64,000 nt of DNA from Endomicrobiaceae bacterium (GCA_031553505.1 JAVBLP010000004.1:89577-153576), one strand, 5' to 3'. Counted from the stretch's first letter, positions 1-10,221 are shown. Numbers and translations are program-made. Notes: generated by a model not told the origin, from the letters alone.

Positions 1-1
1 T

Positions 2-634
2 ATGTTTAAAATAAAAAGTTTTTCCGTGGGGACTATAGGCAACCTTATAGTGCGCCTTGTCGGAGGAGCTTTGCCGTTTATCGCTCCTTTGTTTTTCCAG
101 ACCGCGCTCGGTTTTTCGCCGTCCAAAGCGGGATTCGCGCTGCTTCCTTTGGGGATAAGCGCGATGTTTGCGAAATCCATATCAACGCCGGTAATTTTAA
201 AACTCGGTTACAGAAGATTTTTAATCCTTAACACATTGTGCCTCAGTTTTTTTATTATGCTGGTCGCTTTTATAGATCCCTCAACCCCGTACATAGTTAT
301 TTTAATTCTTTACGCTTTTATAGGATTGGCAAACTCACTGCAGTTTACCGCCATTAATACGCTTTCGCTTATAGACGTTCCGGATAAATTAATGAGCGGC
401 GCGAACGGCATGATGTCGGTAGTAATGCAGATTTCAATGGCTATGGGCGTTACAATGACGGCGCTTTTACTTGAAAAGGTTTCGGCTATTCCGGCTGTCG
501 CGCAAAGCGGCCATACGGCATTGTTGAGCGCTTTTCACTTAACTTATATAATTATAGGGCTTTTATCTGCCACCGGCGCTTTAATTTTTATTTTCGTTCC
601 GAAAAAAGCCGGCACTTACATAAAAGACAATTAA
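2..634 (+). CDS. MFS-type transporter, C-terminal portion (5' end outside window)
   Basis: ORF is open to the window edge. 210 aa with about six hydrophobic helices and an MFS-like loop (KLGYRRF). TAA stop at 632-634. Confidence 0.55.
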   Translation: MFKIKSFSVGTIGNLIVRLVGGALPFIAPLFFQTALGFSPSKAGFALLPLGISAMFAKSISTPVILKLGYRRFLILNTLCLSFFIMLVAFIDPSTPYIVILILYAFIGLANSLQFTAINTLSLIDVPDKLMSGANGMMSVVMQISMAMGVTMTALLLEKVSAIPAVAQSGHTALLSAFHLTYIIIGLLSATGALIFIFVPKKAGTYIKDN

Positions 635-635
635 T

Positions 636-1000
636 AACTAATAATTAACAAATAACAATTATAAATTAAATAAATTTGTCATTCTGAATTTATTTCAGGA
701 TCTGCTGTAAAAAATAAGACCGCTTCCGAAACAAGTTCGGAATGACAGCATGAAAAAAAACTGAAAAATGAATATGATAGTTGTTTGCCGTTACGCCGCT
801 TTACTGCGATATATGAGTTAATAAGTTTCAAAGTCGATCTACTAATTTTAAATGTTTGGGCAAAAAGACAGTTTTTGCGAGTTTTTTAAAATTGACTTAA
901 AAACTTACTAACGAATGCATTTCAGCGGCGGGACTTTTTGGTTACTTTTTGGGCTCGTGCAAAAAGTAACGCGGGTTTAAGGGCGTGCGGCACCCTTTAT
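636..1000 (-). repeat. full-length copy (reverse orientation) of the modular intergenic repeat
   Basis: The reverse complement carries H1 (979..997), H2 gttactttttg/caaaaagtaac (941..970), linker CCAAAAAGtCCCGCCGC, the AACTCATA...AACGGCAAaCAA block, H3 tgtcattc.../...gaatgaca (677..747), and the tail TTATTTGTTAATT. Confidence 0.6.
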
Positions 1001-1045
1001 CCAAAAATATACAATCTTATAAAACCAATTATTTACGGAGGAAGT

Positions 1046-1714
1046 ATGAAAAATTTATTTTTAATCCCTTTTTTGGCGTTTTTTATGTTTTGCGGATGCG
1101 TTACCGCGAAATCGCCGGAAGCCGTTACGCAGGAAACCTCGGGAAGCTATAAACGCTATCAGGATGACAAACTTACTTCCGCCATAATCGTAGGCGCGTA
1201 CAATAATATTGAAATAGGCGAATTAAAAAATTTCAGGGAGTCCGTGGAATGGATTGACGCGGAAAATAATCTCTACACTATGGATTTCAGCGATGAAACA
1301 AACCCGCTTTACATAAAAGGCAGAAACAATATTATTTACATAGCCATACGCGTTGCGCCCGGCAAATATACGCTTAATAACTTTGCCTTTAAGGCGCGGG
1401 AAGATAACAAAACTTACTCTATAAACTGCGCGAAAAGATATAAGGCAAGTTTTGAAATCGGCGACAAAGAGGTCGTTTTTGTCGGCATTTTAAAAACAAT
1501 GTTTGGGAAGTTTCAGTCCGGCAGTTTAAATGAAGCGGGAGAAACTGAAGTAAAAATCAATACGGTTTTGGAAAACGGCAAAGACGATTTATACAAAATA
1601 ACGGCCTTTTATAACGCGGTCACAAAAATGCCGGTAAAAACTAATGTTATGTATTGGAATGATTCGCAGCCTGCGAAGAATGAAGTGTTAACTATAAAGA
1701 CAAGTAATAAGTAA
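1046..1714 (+). CDS. hypothetical lipoprotein
   Basis: Internal ATG at 1046 is preceded by GGAGG. Signal peptide MKNLFLIPFLAFFMFCGC has a lipobox-like Cys. The 938-1045 extension of the tracked ORF lies inside a repeat element. Confidence 0.6.
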   Translation: MKNLFLIPFLAFFMFCGCVTAKSPEAVTQETSGSYKRYQDDKLTSAIIVGAYNNIEIGELKNFRESVEWIDAENNLYTMDFSDETNPLYIKGRNNIIYIAIRVAPGKYTLNNFAFKAREDNKTYSINCAKRYKASFEIGDKEVVFVGILKTMFGKFQSGSLNEAGETEVKINTVLENGKDDLYKITAFYNAVTKMPVKTNVMYWNDSQPAKNEVLTIKTSNK

Positions 1715-1790
1715 CAATTAATAAATAATACTGTTTCTGTATATATGGTTGTCAGCTATTCCTTATTACTTATTAACTATTACTTGACGT

Positions 1791-2243
1791 TTATATTTTT
1801 CTTACCCACAAAACAGGAGTTTCGTTTTCAAAATAATATACTCTGTTGTTCAATAGTTTAACTTTGGCCGTGGCGGTTTCGGAAAAATAATCTTTAAAAA
1901 ACGACGAAAATACGTCAGACGTTTCTTTAGGCATATAAGCTATGCTGAAATAAATGTCCGTTTTGCCGTCGTTTTTTATTTTCATATCCTGGAGTTTTAC
2001 CCCCAGATCGCTCATAATTACAACTCTTTTGCCGTCCTGTTCCGCGACGGCAATGGCTTTAAACTGTAAATCATCGCCGTAAGCGCCGTAAAATACCGAC
2101 GTCTTGGCGTCATCCGCAAAAGAAACCGGATCTTTAGCCGTAACGGACTTTTCCGAAGCGCAAGTCGGGAGCAAAAACGACGAAATGCCCGCAATTAATG
2201 CCAGGCAGAGCAGCGTTACAATTTTTTTGTTTTTTAAAATCAT
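1791..2243 (-). CDS. hypothetical secreted protein or lipoprotein
   Basis: 150-aa ORF. N-terminal signal sequence with lipobox-like LLPTC. No recognisable family. Confidence 0.5.
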   Translation of the reverse strand: MILKNKKIVTLLCLALIAGISSFLLPTCASEKSVTAKDPVSFADDAKTSVFYGAYGDDLQFKAIAVAEQDGKRVVIMSDLGVKLQDMKIKNDGKTDIYFSIAYMPKETSDVFSSFFKDYFSETATAKVKLLNNRVYYFENETPVLWVRKI

Positions 2244-2252
2244 CTTTATGCC

Positions 2253-2885
2253 TTAATTTATTTCCAGATTGCCGTAAAATTCGGTGCTTCTTATGTTAAG
2301 CTTTTTGCCTTGCGCCTTTTCCCCTAGCGTAAAACGCACATTGCCGCTGCCTTCAACGCTGTATTCGTAAAACGCCGGCACTTTTAGAATTTCTATGTTA
2401 ACGTCCGCTTCGGAAGTTTCAATATCAAGTTCTTTAAACGTGCCGCTGGCATTGACCTTGGCGTAAATAGTATCCACGTTAAACCTTCCGTCAAATTTTT
2501 TGACGTTAACTTCGCCGTCTGCTATGTCTATATCCAGAGAGCCGGACATTCCGGTAACGTTCACTTTCGCGGTTTTAGAGTTTATATCCAAATCCGCCGT
2601 GAAAGGGATCGTAAGGTTTACGACTGTTTTATCGGTTATATCTTCGCCTACAAGGTAAATATTAAGCTCTTTTTCTTTTAGCGCGACGCTTCTTTTAGCG
2701 TGCGAGCCGCCGCCGGGGGTTATCTCAACCGTAATATTCTTAACATCGGCGCTTTTAACGTTTAGCGTGCCCGCGTTTATAACTACGTCTATTTCATCAA
2801 CCCTGTTTGACGAAAAAGTATATCTTTCGGCATACGCTAAACTTGAGAACGCAAACAAAACGGCCAGTATAAGGTATTTTTTCAT
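2253..2885 (-). CDS. secreted beta-strand-rich protein (DUF4097-like putative adhesin; family call tentative)
   Basis: ATG at 2885 with AGGAG RBS. Signal peptide MKKYLILAVLFAFSSLAYA. Repetitive short beta-strand pattern (VNV/VNI/DID repeats). Confidence 0.5.
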   Translation of the reverse strand: MKKYLILAVLFAFSSLAYAERYTFSSNRVDEIDVVINAGTLNVKSADVKNITVEITPGGGSHAKRSVALKEKELNIYLVGEDITDKTVVNLTIPFTADLDINSKTAKVNVTGMSGSLDIDIADGEVNVKKFDGRFNVDTIYAKVNASGTFKELDIETSEADVNIEILKVPAFYEYSVEGSGNVRFTLGEKAQGKKLNIRSTEFYGNLEIN

Positions 2886-3001
2886 TTTTTCTCCTTTGTG
2901 TTTCAACGCCGTACGCAGATATTTTAGCAAATGCGCCTTTCGCACAGCAAGCCGCGCCCTGCCGCAGGGCCGAATTCATTATTTTATATAAAACTGTAAT
3001 T

Positions 3002-4153
3002 TCAAACGATAGTTTTTAGCAGTTGTTCAATATCGGCAGAGCTATGGCCTGCCGTAAGCGACACTCTTACCCTTGCCGCGTTTTCCGGCACGGTAGGCGG
3101 CTTAATCGCGGGAGCAAAAATTTTATTTTTAAGCAGAGCGGTTGACAGCTTTTCGGTATTTTTGACGCTGCCGATAATTACAGGTATTATCTGCGAAGAA
3201 GTATTTGAAGTATTAAAGCCGAACGATGCCAGTTTATCTTTCAACTGTTTTGAATTATTTAAGAGGCGTTCCCTTTGGCTGTCCGCTTTTTTTACAAACT
3301 CCAAAGCTTTTAATGCCGCGGCGCAAATTGCCGGAGAAACCGCCGTTGTATATATAAACGCCCTGCTTTTATTCACCAGATAATCTATAAGGTTTTGCGG
3401 GCCGCACACAAAACCGCCCTGCGCGGCAAAAGCTTTCGACAAAGTGCCGACTGTTATATCTATTTTTCCGGAAACGCCGAACAAATCCGCAAGGCCCCTG
3501 CCTTCTTTGCCGAATACTCCCGTTGAGTGGGCTTCATCAACCATGCTTACGGCGCCGTACTTTCGGCAAAGCTGCGTAAAATCTTTAAGCGGGGCAAAAT
3601 CGCCGTCCATGGAAAAAACCGATTCCGTAACCGCAAGCTTAAGCTTATATGTTTTTGCCCTTTTTAAAACCGATTCGAATGAAGCCATATCGCAATGGTC
3701 ATAAACAAATATGCGCGCGCCGGAAAGTTTCGCGCCGTCCCAAATAGAAGCGTGGTTTAATTTGTCCATTATGATACAGGCGCTTTTTTCGGCGGAAATC
3801 AGGGCGCTTATCGTGCCGACATTTGCCTGATAGCCGCTGGGAAAAAGCAAAGCGGCTTCTTTATTTTTGAACTCCGCAAGCGCTGCTTCCAACTCTTCAT
3901 GGATTACAAGGTTGCCGCCTACAAGCCGTGAAGAAGCCCCGGCAAAACCGTATTTTCCGGCGGTCTGCGCGGCGGCTTTATTAATTTCGGAATTGCCGGC
4001 CAAATCCAGATAGTTATTGGAAGAAAAGTTAATAAATTTTTTACCGTTTACGGTTATATGCGCCAGAGGCGCCGATTGCAAAAGTTTTAAACTGCGCAGC
4101 AATCCCTCATCTTTTGCGGAAGCTAATTTTTTGGAAAGAATTTCATCAAGCAT
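3002..4153 (-). CDS. bioF: 8-amino-7-oxononanoate synthase
   Basis: Alpha-oxoamine synthase pattern: DEAHSTGVFG and PLP-Lys motif GTLSKAF. ATG at 4153 overlaps the upstream KAS stop by 8 nt. Lies in a locus with bioB. Confidence 0.85.
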   Translation of the reverse strand: MLDEILSKKLASAKDEGLLRSLKLLQSAPLAHITVNGKKFINFSSNNYLDLAGNSEINKAAAQTAGKYGFAGASSRLVGGNLVIHEELEAALAEFKNKEAALLFPSGYQANVGTISALISAEKSACIIMDKLNHASIWDGAKLSGARIFVYDHCDMASFESVLKRAKTYKLKLAVTESVFSMDGDFAPLKDFTQLCRKYGAVSMVDEAHSTGVFGKEGRGLADLFGVSGKIDITVGTLSKAFAAQGGFVCGPQNLIDYLVNKSRAFIYTTAVSPAICAAALKALEFVKKADSQRERLLNNSKQLKDKLASFGFNTSNTSSQIIPVIIGSVKNTEKLSTALLKNKIFAPAIKPPTVPENAARVRVSLTAGHSSADIEQLLKTIV

Positions 4154-5294
4154 AAACGCTGCCCCAGTGTTTTTTAAATAATAAAGCCGCGCCCTGCCCG
4201 CCAAAGCCGAAAGACAACGAAAGAGCGGAATTGATTGTTTTTTTAACGCTTTTTTGCGGAACGTAATTGAATCCTGAAGGAATGTTTGTTTCTGTAAAAT
4301 TTAAAGTGGGGGGAACAATACCGTCTTTTATGGCAAGTATTGAAAAAACCGCGCCGGCAATTCCCGAAATGCCAAGCATATGCCCCGTTGCCGCTTTTGT
4401 TGAAGAAGCCAACGGCAAAGCGGAGTTTAAAGATTGGAGTTTGTAGTTTTGCTTTTCTGCCTGAAACGTGCCAAAATGCTTTGCTGCCGCCATACTTTCA
4501 AAATAATCGTTTAATTTTGTTCCGGTGCCGTGCATATGTATGTAATCCGGGATTTCATTGCCGGATGCCTGTTTTATTATGCGTTCCATCCCCGCGGAAG
4601 AGTTGACCGACAAAGCATTAGACGAAAAAATGCCGCAAGACTGCCCCGCGATTTCGCAATAAACTTTCGCGCCCCTGAACACAGCCCTTTTGAGTTCTTC
4701 AATAACTATAAAGCCCGCGCCTTCGCCTATGGCAAAACCGTCGCGTTTCCCGTCAAACGGACACGGATTTTGCCCTTTAGCCAAAACGCCCATATTTTTA
4801 AAAGACGCCGTATATAAAGGATGTATGGAGGTTTCCGCGCTGCCGCAGATTACCGCGTCGCAGACGCCTTCTTCAATCATAGCGCAGCCTTTTATTATAT
4901 TTAATGTCCCCGTGGCGCAGGCGGCGGAAATAGAATTCAGCGGCCCTTTTATGCCGGACACTTTTTTTAATTGTTCGGGAAAAACAGATTCCCTGTTAAA
5001 AAGGTTTGGTTTGCTTTCCCCGGCGCAAAGCGCGATTTTGTCATCGGCATATCCTGAATTTTTTAATCCGGCGTCATTTATGCTTTCATGCAGAGCGATA
5101 AAAGCCATGGCAAGCTGGCGCACATTGTCCGGCACGTCAAAACCCTGCGCCCTTGCGACAAACGCTTCGCTTGAAATTTCGTACCTGACGGCGGATTCGC
5201 CGTTGATAAGCCTTTGCCAGCTGTTTTGCGCGCCCGTTCCGAGCGGGCTTACAAAACCTATACCTGTTACCGCGTATTTTTTTTGTTGTGCCAT
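4146..5294 (-). CDS. beta-ketoacyl-ACP synthase, KAS I/II (FabF/FabB-like), embedded in the biotin locus
   Basis: Cys-His-His triad motifs: SAACATG, HMHGTGT, GHMLGISG. 382 aa. Confidence 0.85.
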   Translation of the reverse strand: MAQQKKYAVTGIGFVSPLGTGAQNSWQRLINGESAVRYEISSEAFVARAQGFDVPDNVRQLAMAFIALHESINDAGLKNSGYADDKIALCAGESKPNLFNRESVFPEQLKKVSGIKGPLNSISAACATGTLNIIKGCAMIEEGVCDAVICGSAETSIHPLYTASFKNMGVLAKGQNPCPFDGKRDGFAIGEGAGFIVIEELKRAVFRGAKVYCEIAGQSCGIFSSNALSVNSSAGMERIIKQASGNEIPDYIHMHGTGTKLNDYFESMAAAKHFGTFQAEKQNYKLQSLNSALPLASSTKAATGHMLGISGIAGAVFSILAIKDGIVPPTLNFTETNIPSGFNYVPQKSVKKTINSALSLSFGFGGQGAALLFKKHWGSVYA

Positions 5295-5454
5295 TATTAT
5301 CCTTATTTTTAAAAGGCTTTAAAATTTTCAGTGAAGCAAAAAGGAGGCATATGCAAATCCGGGCTGCCGTTCCGCGGCAGAGTTGAAGCCGCACGCATAC
5401 AGAACGCAATGGTAATTATATTCATTTTTAATTACTTACAAACTATTACTTTTT

Positions 5455-6153
5455 TTAAATTATCCGTGAATCTATGTTAAATGCCTGCCCCGAAACGGTT
5501 TTCAGCCTCGCAAGCATCAAAACAAAATCCGCGAGTTCCGCAATATCGGCAGTCGCATTTAAAACGCTTTCGCTCTTAATTTTTTCAATATAATCTGCGC
5601 CGGCGGTTTTCCCCATATCCGTCAAATGAAAACCCGGCAAAACCGCGTTTACCGTTATGCCAAAATGCCCGGCTTCCCTCGCGGCGGTTTTTGTCAAAGC
5701 TATTACGCCGGCTTTGCTTGCAGAATAATTTGCCGCTCCAAAATACGCTTTTAACGCTGAAATTGAAGCAATATTTATAATCGAGCCCGAACGCTTTTTA
5801 GCCATCGCGGCAATGCTCTCTTTTATCATATAAAATGTTCCGTTGAGGTTGGTTTGTATTACCGATTCCCACATATCATCGGTCATTTTCATTATTGTTT
5901 TGTCCGCGGTTATAGCGGCATTGTTTATAACGCAGTCTATGCTGCCAAACTTTCCCAAAGCGCTGTTTATAAGAGTTTTAACATCATTGTGATTTGAAAT
6001 ATCTGATTGCGAAAACAATGCGTTTTGCATTTTGTAATCCGGTTTGTTTGTTTTGTAGCAGCCGCAAATATTCCACCCGTTTTTGGAAAAATGCAAAGCC
6101 AGCGCTTTGCCGATCCCGCGTGATATACCTGTAATTAGTACGGTTTTATTCAT
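5455..6153 (-). CDS. short-chain dehydrogenase/reductase, FabG-like 3-oxoacyl-ACP reductase
   Basis: TGISRGIGKA Rossmann motif, NNAAI, catalytic YSASKAG. Confidence 0.8.
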   Translation of the reverse strand: MNKTVLITGISRGIGKALALHFSKNGWNICGCYKTNKPDYKMQNALFSQSDISNHNDVKTLINSALGKFGSIDCVINNAAITADKTIMKMTDDMWESVIQTNLNGTFYMIKESIAAMAKKRSGSIINIASISALKAYFGAANYSASKAGVIALTKTAAREAGHFGITVNAVLPGFHLTDMGKTAGADYIEKIKSESVLNATADIAELADFVLMLARLKTVSGQAFNIDSRII

Positions 6154-6294
6154 ATTTTCCTTATTATGCCGTTTTATATGTCTTTTTATAAACGCTCAAA
6201 AAATTTTTCGGGCTTCAACCTTAAGAGCGAAGCGGAAATACATAAGTTTGCGAATGCCGAAGTTACAGCTTTAAATTTAAAGCCTTTATATAAT

Positions 6295-7239
6295 TCACCC
6301 TATTTCTAAGCCCAAGTCTTCAATCATTTGCATATCTTCCCGGACAGCTCTCCCGCCGGTCGTAAGATACCCGCCGCTCATCATGCCGTTCGCGCCTGCA
6401 AGAAAAACCATAGCCTGCAAATCCCTTAAGTTAACTTCTCTGCCGCCGCAGACAACTATATCCTGCTGCTGCAAAATCAGCCTGAAAATTGAAATGGTTT
6501 TCAATATTTCATTTGGCGAAAGTTTTATTATATTTTCAAGAGGCGTTCCGGGTACTGGGATAAAAAAATTCATCGGAACGCTTTCAACGCCAAGTTCTTT
6601 TAGCGTAAATGCCAGATCTATCCTGTCTTCAATACTTTCGCCTATACCGAATAAACCGCCGCTGCAGATTGTAAAACCCAGCGCTTTCGCTCGTTTTATA
6701 TTATCTACGCGTTCGCCGTATGTATGCGTGGAACAAATGTTGTGGAAAAAATTTTCCGAAGTTTCAAGGTTATGGTGTATTTTTGTTATTCCGGCTTCTT
6801 TGAGTTTCACAAGCACATCACTTGTAAGTCTGCCGATTGAAACGCTAAGATTTTCAATCTTTTGATGTTTTTTAAACATACCGCAAAGCAAATCTATTTC
6901 TTGTTCGTTTAAATAGTTGCCGCTTGAAACTATGCCGAAACACTGAGCGTTTTCCAGTGCTTTGTCCGCGGCGGAGGCAATTTTTTCAACGGAAACTAAA
7001 GGGTAAACGTCAACCTCCGTTTTATTAAAAGCGGACTGGGCGCAAAATTTACAATTTTCGCCGCATTGCCCTGATTTCGCATTGATTATTGAACATATTT
7101 TTACTTTTTTACCGTGGTACTTTTTACGGAGTTTTGAAGCGGCAAAAAACAATTCTCCCGTTTCCAAAGAATAGAACTCTAAAGCTTCTTTTTTGGTAAT
7201 TTCTCCGCTGTTTACTGCTTTTTCCAGTTTTTCGTTCAT
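6295..7239 (-). CDS. bioB: biotin synthase (radical SAM)
   Basis: CGENCKFCAQS radical-SAM cluster motif. BioB-type C-terminal half (ICSGGLFGIGES). Confidence 0.9.
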   Translation of the reverse strand: MNEKLEKAVNSGEITKKEALEFYSLETGELFFAASKLRKKYHGKKVKICSIINAKSGQCGENCKFCAQSAFNKTEVDVYPLVSVEKIASAADKALENAQCFGIVSSGNYLNEQEIDLLCGMFKKHQKIENLSVSIGRLTSDVLVKLKEAGITKIHHNLETSENFFHNICSTHTYGERVDNIKRAKALGFTICSGGLFGIGESIEDRIDLAFTLKELGVESVPMNFFIPVPGTPLENIIKLSPNEILKTISIFRLILQQQDIVVCGGREVNLRDLQAMVFLAGANGMMSGGYLTTGGRAVREDMQMIEDLGLEIG

Positions 7240-7323
7240 CTTAGTTTTATCCCATAAAAAATCCAGTCAACCTGAAAGTTATTTTAGGTTGACCGGAATA
7301 TTATACATTTAAATTAACGCTTT

Positions 7324-8610
7324 TTAAACTTCGATCTTAATTTTTACCGTTTTGGATTTAACTATTGATTTCGTCGCGTCTATCTGTTTTACGGCTTTTT
7401 CAAGGTTTTCGCGGTTTGTCTCATGTGTTATTATGATAACCTGCACATAATCTTCGCCGACAACATCCGGCTGAGCTAGGCTTGCTATAGAAACTTTGTA
7501 TTTGCCGAGTATCCCTGATATTTTTGATAAAACGCCCGGCTTATCAACAACGCTGAAACGCAGGTAATACGGCGCTTTGCTCTTTCCCGCGGGAAGAACT
7601 TTTATCTTTGTTTTTACGTCATATACTACGTCCGGCACTATACCGGCCGTATTTGTGACTATAAACTTCGAAAGGTTTATTATGTCCGAAACAACGGCGC
7701 TTGCCGCAGGCTGCTGCCCGGCGCCTTTTCCGTAGAAAAGCACGTCTCCGGAATCTTTGCCTGTAATCATTACGGCATTATACTCATTTTCGACAGTCGC
7801 AAAAGCGTGATGATGGCTTACCAGACACGGCTGGACAGACAAATCAATGCCGTTTTTTGTTTTATTTGCGGAACCTATCAGTTTTATGTCGTAACCGAAT
7901 TCCTGTGAAATTATTACGTCTTCAATATCTAAATCCGCGATGCCTTTGACGGCGATATCTTTCACTTTTATCCATCCGCCCCACGCAAGCGAAGCGAGAA
8001 TCGCAAGCTTATTTGCGGTATCTATGCCTTTAACGTCAAATGACGGATCTGCTTCGGCAAAACCTGCCTTTTGGGCGCTCTTAAGGGCTTCTTCGTAAGA
8101 AACGCCGTTTTTTGTCATTTCGCTCAATATAAAATTTGTCGTTCCGTTTAAAATGCCTTTAATTTCAAGTATTTCTTCGGAAGCCATGCCTTCGCTTAAA
8201 CCCTGCACAACGGGAATAACGCCGCCGACAGAAGCTTCATAAAATATCGATTTCTGGCAGTTTTGGGCGGTTGTAAAAATCTGGTCCCAGTATTTTGCGA
8301 GAACGGCCTTATTTGCCGTAACTACGTTTTTACCGGCTTTAAGCGATTCAATAATAATAGTCCTCGCCGGTTCATAACCGCCTATAAGTTCTATTACAAG
8401 GTCAATTTCAGGGTCTTTTATGATCTCTTTGAAATTTTTTACGTACAGTTCCGGCCTGTCTATGGGGTTAAGGTCGCAGACAGATTTTACCTTTATAGGC
8501 TTGCCGACTTTGCGCAAAACTATCTTTTTATTTTCTTCCAGAATTTTTACTACGCCTTTTCCGACAGTGCCGTAGCCGATTAAACCTACATTAATATACT
8601 TCTTTTCCAT
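7324..8610 (-). CDS. hom: homoserine dehydrogenase with C-terminal ACT domain
   Basis: GLIGYGTVGKGV NAD-binding motif, homoserine-DH catalytic core (NGTTNFIL, DVKGIDTANKL), ACT-like tail. Confidence 0.9.
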   Translation of the reverse strand: MEKKYINVGLIGYGTVGKGVVKILEENKKIVLRKVGKPIKVKSVCDLNPIDRPELYVKNFKEIIKDPEIDLVIELIGGYEPARTIIIESLKAGKNVVTANKAVLAKYWDQIFTTAQNCQKSIFYEASVGGVIPVVQGLSEGMASEEILEIKGILNGTTNFILSEMTKNGVSYEEALKSAQKAGFAEADPSFDVKGIDTANKLAILASLAWGGWIKVKDIAVKGIADLDIEDVIISQEFGYDIKLIGSANKTKNGIDLSVQPCLVSHHHAFATVENEYNAVMITGKDSGDVLFYGKGAGQQPAASAVVSDIINLSKFIVTNTAGIVPDVVYDVKTKIKVLPAGKSKAPYYLRFSVVDKPGVLSKISGILGKYKVSIASLAQPDVVGEDYVQVIIITHETNRENLEKAVKQIDATKSIVKSKTVKIKIEV

Positions 8611-8642
8611 AAAACGAATATCCTTTATTATTGTGTGTTGCT

Positions 8643-9842
8643 TTATTTATTTTGGGCGCACTTTGTGAATTTGTTTATCCTCAAGAGCGCGTCATGAAAG
8701 CGTTTGTCGTGCGTTACAAGCGACATTCTCACATATCCTTCGCCGTGTTTCCCAAATCCCACGCCGGGGGAAACTACAACGCCGGTTTCCTTTAACAGCC
8801 TTTCTGCGACGCTTAAAGAACCTTCTTTTTTCAAACAATCCGGCAAGCCAACCCATATATACATTGTCGCCTTGGTTTCATGTGCGTTCCAGCCGCATTT
8901 TTGTAAACCGGCAACCATCTTTTTCATTCTTCTTTCATAAACTGACGATAATTCCCTTACGCAATCCTGCGGGCCGTTCAAGGCGGCAACGCCTGCGAGC
9001 TGCATAAACGTGGGGGAACCGTAATCCAAAAATGATTTAAATTTTTCAAGCGGGTACAAAAGTTTTTTGGCTCCGCATACCCAGCCGAGACGCCATCCTG
9101 CCATGTTAAAAGTCTTGGAAAATGAATGAAATTCGAGAGCGACATCTTTTGCGCCTGGAAATTCAAAAATAGAAGGCGCGCAGTAATCGCCGAATGTCAG
9201 TTCAGAGTAAGCATTATCCGAAATAAGCAGAATATTATATTTTTTGCAAAACTTTATAGCTTCTTTCCAAAAATTATTGTCTTCGACAACCGCGGCCGTC
9301 GGATTATTTGGATAATTTAAAAACATTATTTTTGCTTTTTGCGCGGTTTTTTCAGGGATTTTCGTAAAATCCGGCAAAAAAGAATTTTTTTCCAAAAGCG
9401 GCATCGAATGTATTTTTGCTCCCGCCAAAACCACGCCGTTAAAATGCACGGGGTACGCAGGGTCGCAAACCAATACATAGTCGCCCGGGTTTAAATACGC
9501 CATGCAAAGATGGGCGATTCCCTCTTTTGAACCGATAAGCGAAAGTACTTCGTTCTCCGGGTCAAGTTCAACGCCGAATCGTCTTGCCATCCATTCAGTA
9601 ACCGCCCTTCTGAATTTAGGCATGCCTTTCGCCTGCGGGTATCTGTGGGTATTTTTATGGTGTTTTACCGTATCGCAAAGCCTGTCTACAACATGGCCCG
9701 GCGTGGGAAGGTCGGGATTTCCCATGCCCAAATCTATAACGTCAAGATTTTTCGCGTACGCTTCGTTTTTTATAAGGTTTATTTTTGTAAATAGGTATGG
9801 CGGTAGCTTCTCAAGTTTTTTTGAAGGTTCTATATTTATCAT
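8643..9842 (-). CDS. class I/II PLP aminotransferase (AlaC/YfdZ-like)
   Basis: LPPYLF...DLGMGNPDLPTP N-terminal pattern. PLP-Lys motif SFSKTFNMAGWRLG. Confidence 0.8.
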   Translation of the reverse strand: MINIEPSKKLEKLPPYLFTKINLIKNEAYAKNLDVIDLGMGNPDLPTPGHVVDRLCDTVKHHKNTHRYPQAKGMPKFRRAVTEWMARRFGVELDPENEVLSLIGSKEGIAHLCMAYLNPGDYVLVCDPAYPVHFNGVVLAGAKIHSMPLLEKNSFLPDFTKIPEKTAQKAKIMFLNYPNNPTAAVVEDNNFWKEAIKFCKKYNILLISDNAYSELTFGDYCAPSIFEFPGAKDVALEFHSFSKTFNMAGWRLGWVCGAKKLLYPLEKFKSFLDYGSPTFMQLAGVAALNGPQDCVRELSSVYERRMKKMVAGLQKCGWNAHETKATMYIWVGLPDCLKKEGSLSVAERLLKETGVVVSPGVGFGKHGEGYVRMSLVTHDKRFHDALLRINKFTKCAQNK

Positions 9843-9855
9843 ATTAGTACTTCTT

Positions 9856-10128
9856 TTATTGTATTATTTTCCTGAGAGTCGTAGTGGGCTTGAATGAAAC
9901 CTTTTTTCCGGGCGGAACAGGAATCACTTCGCCGGTTTTCGGGTTTCTGCCCTGTCTAGCTTTGCGGGCTTTTGCTCTGAATGAACCAAGGCCCGAAAGA
10001 GAAACGACTTCCCCGTTTTTGAGGCTGTCCTGTATAACTTTTACCAATGCTTTGATAGCTCTATTGGAATCGCCTTGAGTTAACCCTGATACATCTGCAA
10101 CTTGTTTCACGACATCAGGTTTTTTCAT
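9856..10128 (-). CDS. hup: HU/IHF-family DNA-binding protein
   Basis: 90 aa. GLGSFRAKARKARQGRNPKTGE arm motif. Confidence 0.9.
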   Translation of the reverse strand: MKKPDVVKQVADVSGLTQGDSNRAIKALVKVIQDSLKNGEVVSLSGLGSFRAKARKARQGRNPKTGEVIPVPPGKKVSFKPTTTLRKIIQ

Positions 10129-10192
10129 CAGATTAATACCTCCGCAAATAATAACCGGCTAATTTTTTTTAATTTTCGCAATTCTTGTTTAT

Positions 10193-10221
10193 TTTATAAT
10201 AAAATTTTCAAAAAATGTCAA
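10193..10221 (-). promoter_or_regulatory. sigma70-type promoter for hup (TTGACA-17-TATAAA)
   Basis: Minus-strand reading: TTGACA at 10221..10216 and TATAAA at 10198..10193. Confidence 0.45.

Noticed and set aside
4690-5322. Long antisense ORFs: 4690..5322, 48194..49051, 46563..47090, 49785..50261, 45156..45659, 61349..61810, 59731..60168, 12465..12848, 10454..10828 and many shorter ones
   Set aside because: Each lies entirely opposite a gene with strong family motifs. Their products are low-complexity or compositionally odd and have no start context. They are typical shadow ORFs.
5295-5454. Expected acyl-carrier-protein or other small gene in the 160-nt gap between the FabG-like and KAS genes of the bio locus
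   Set aside because: There is no ORF with a DSL/DSxx ACP motif in any frame. The gap contains only a short hairpin (ctgccg-cggaa-cggcag) and the AT-rich tail motif.
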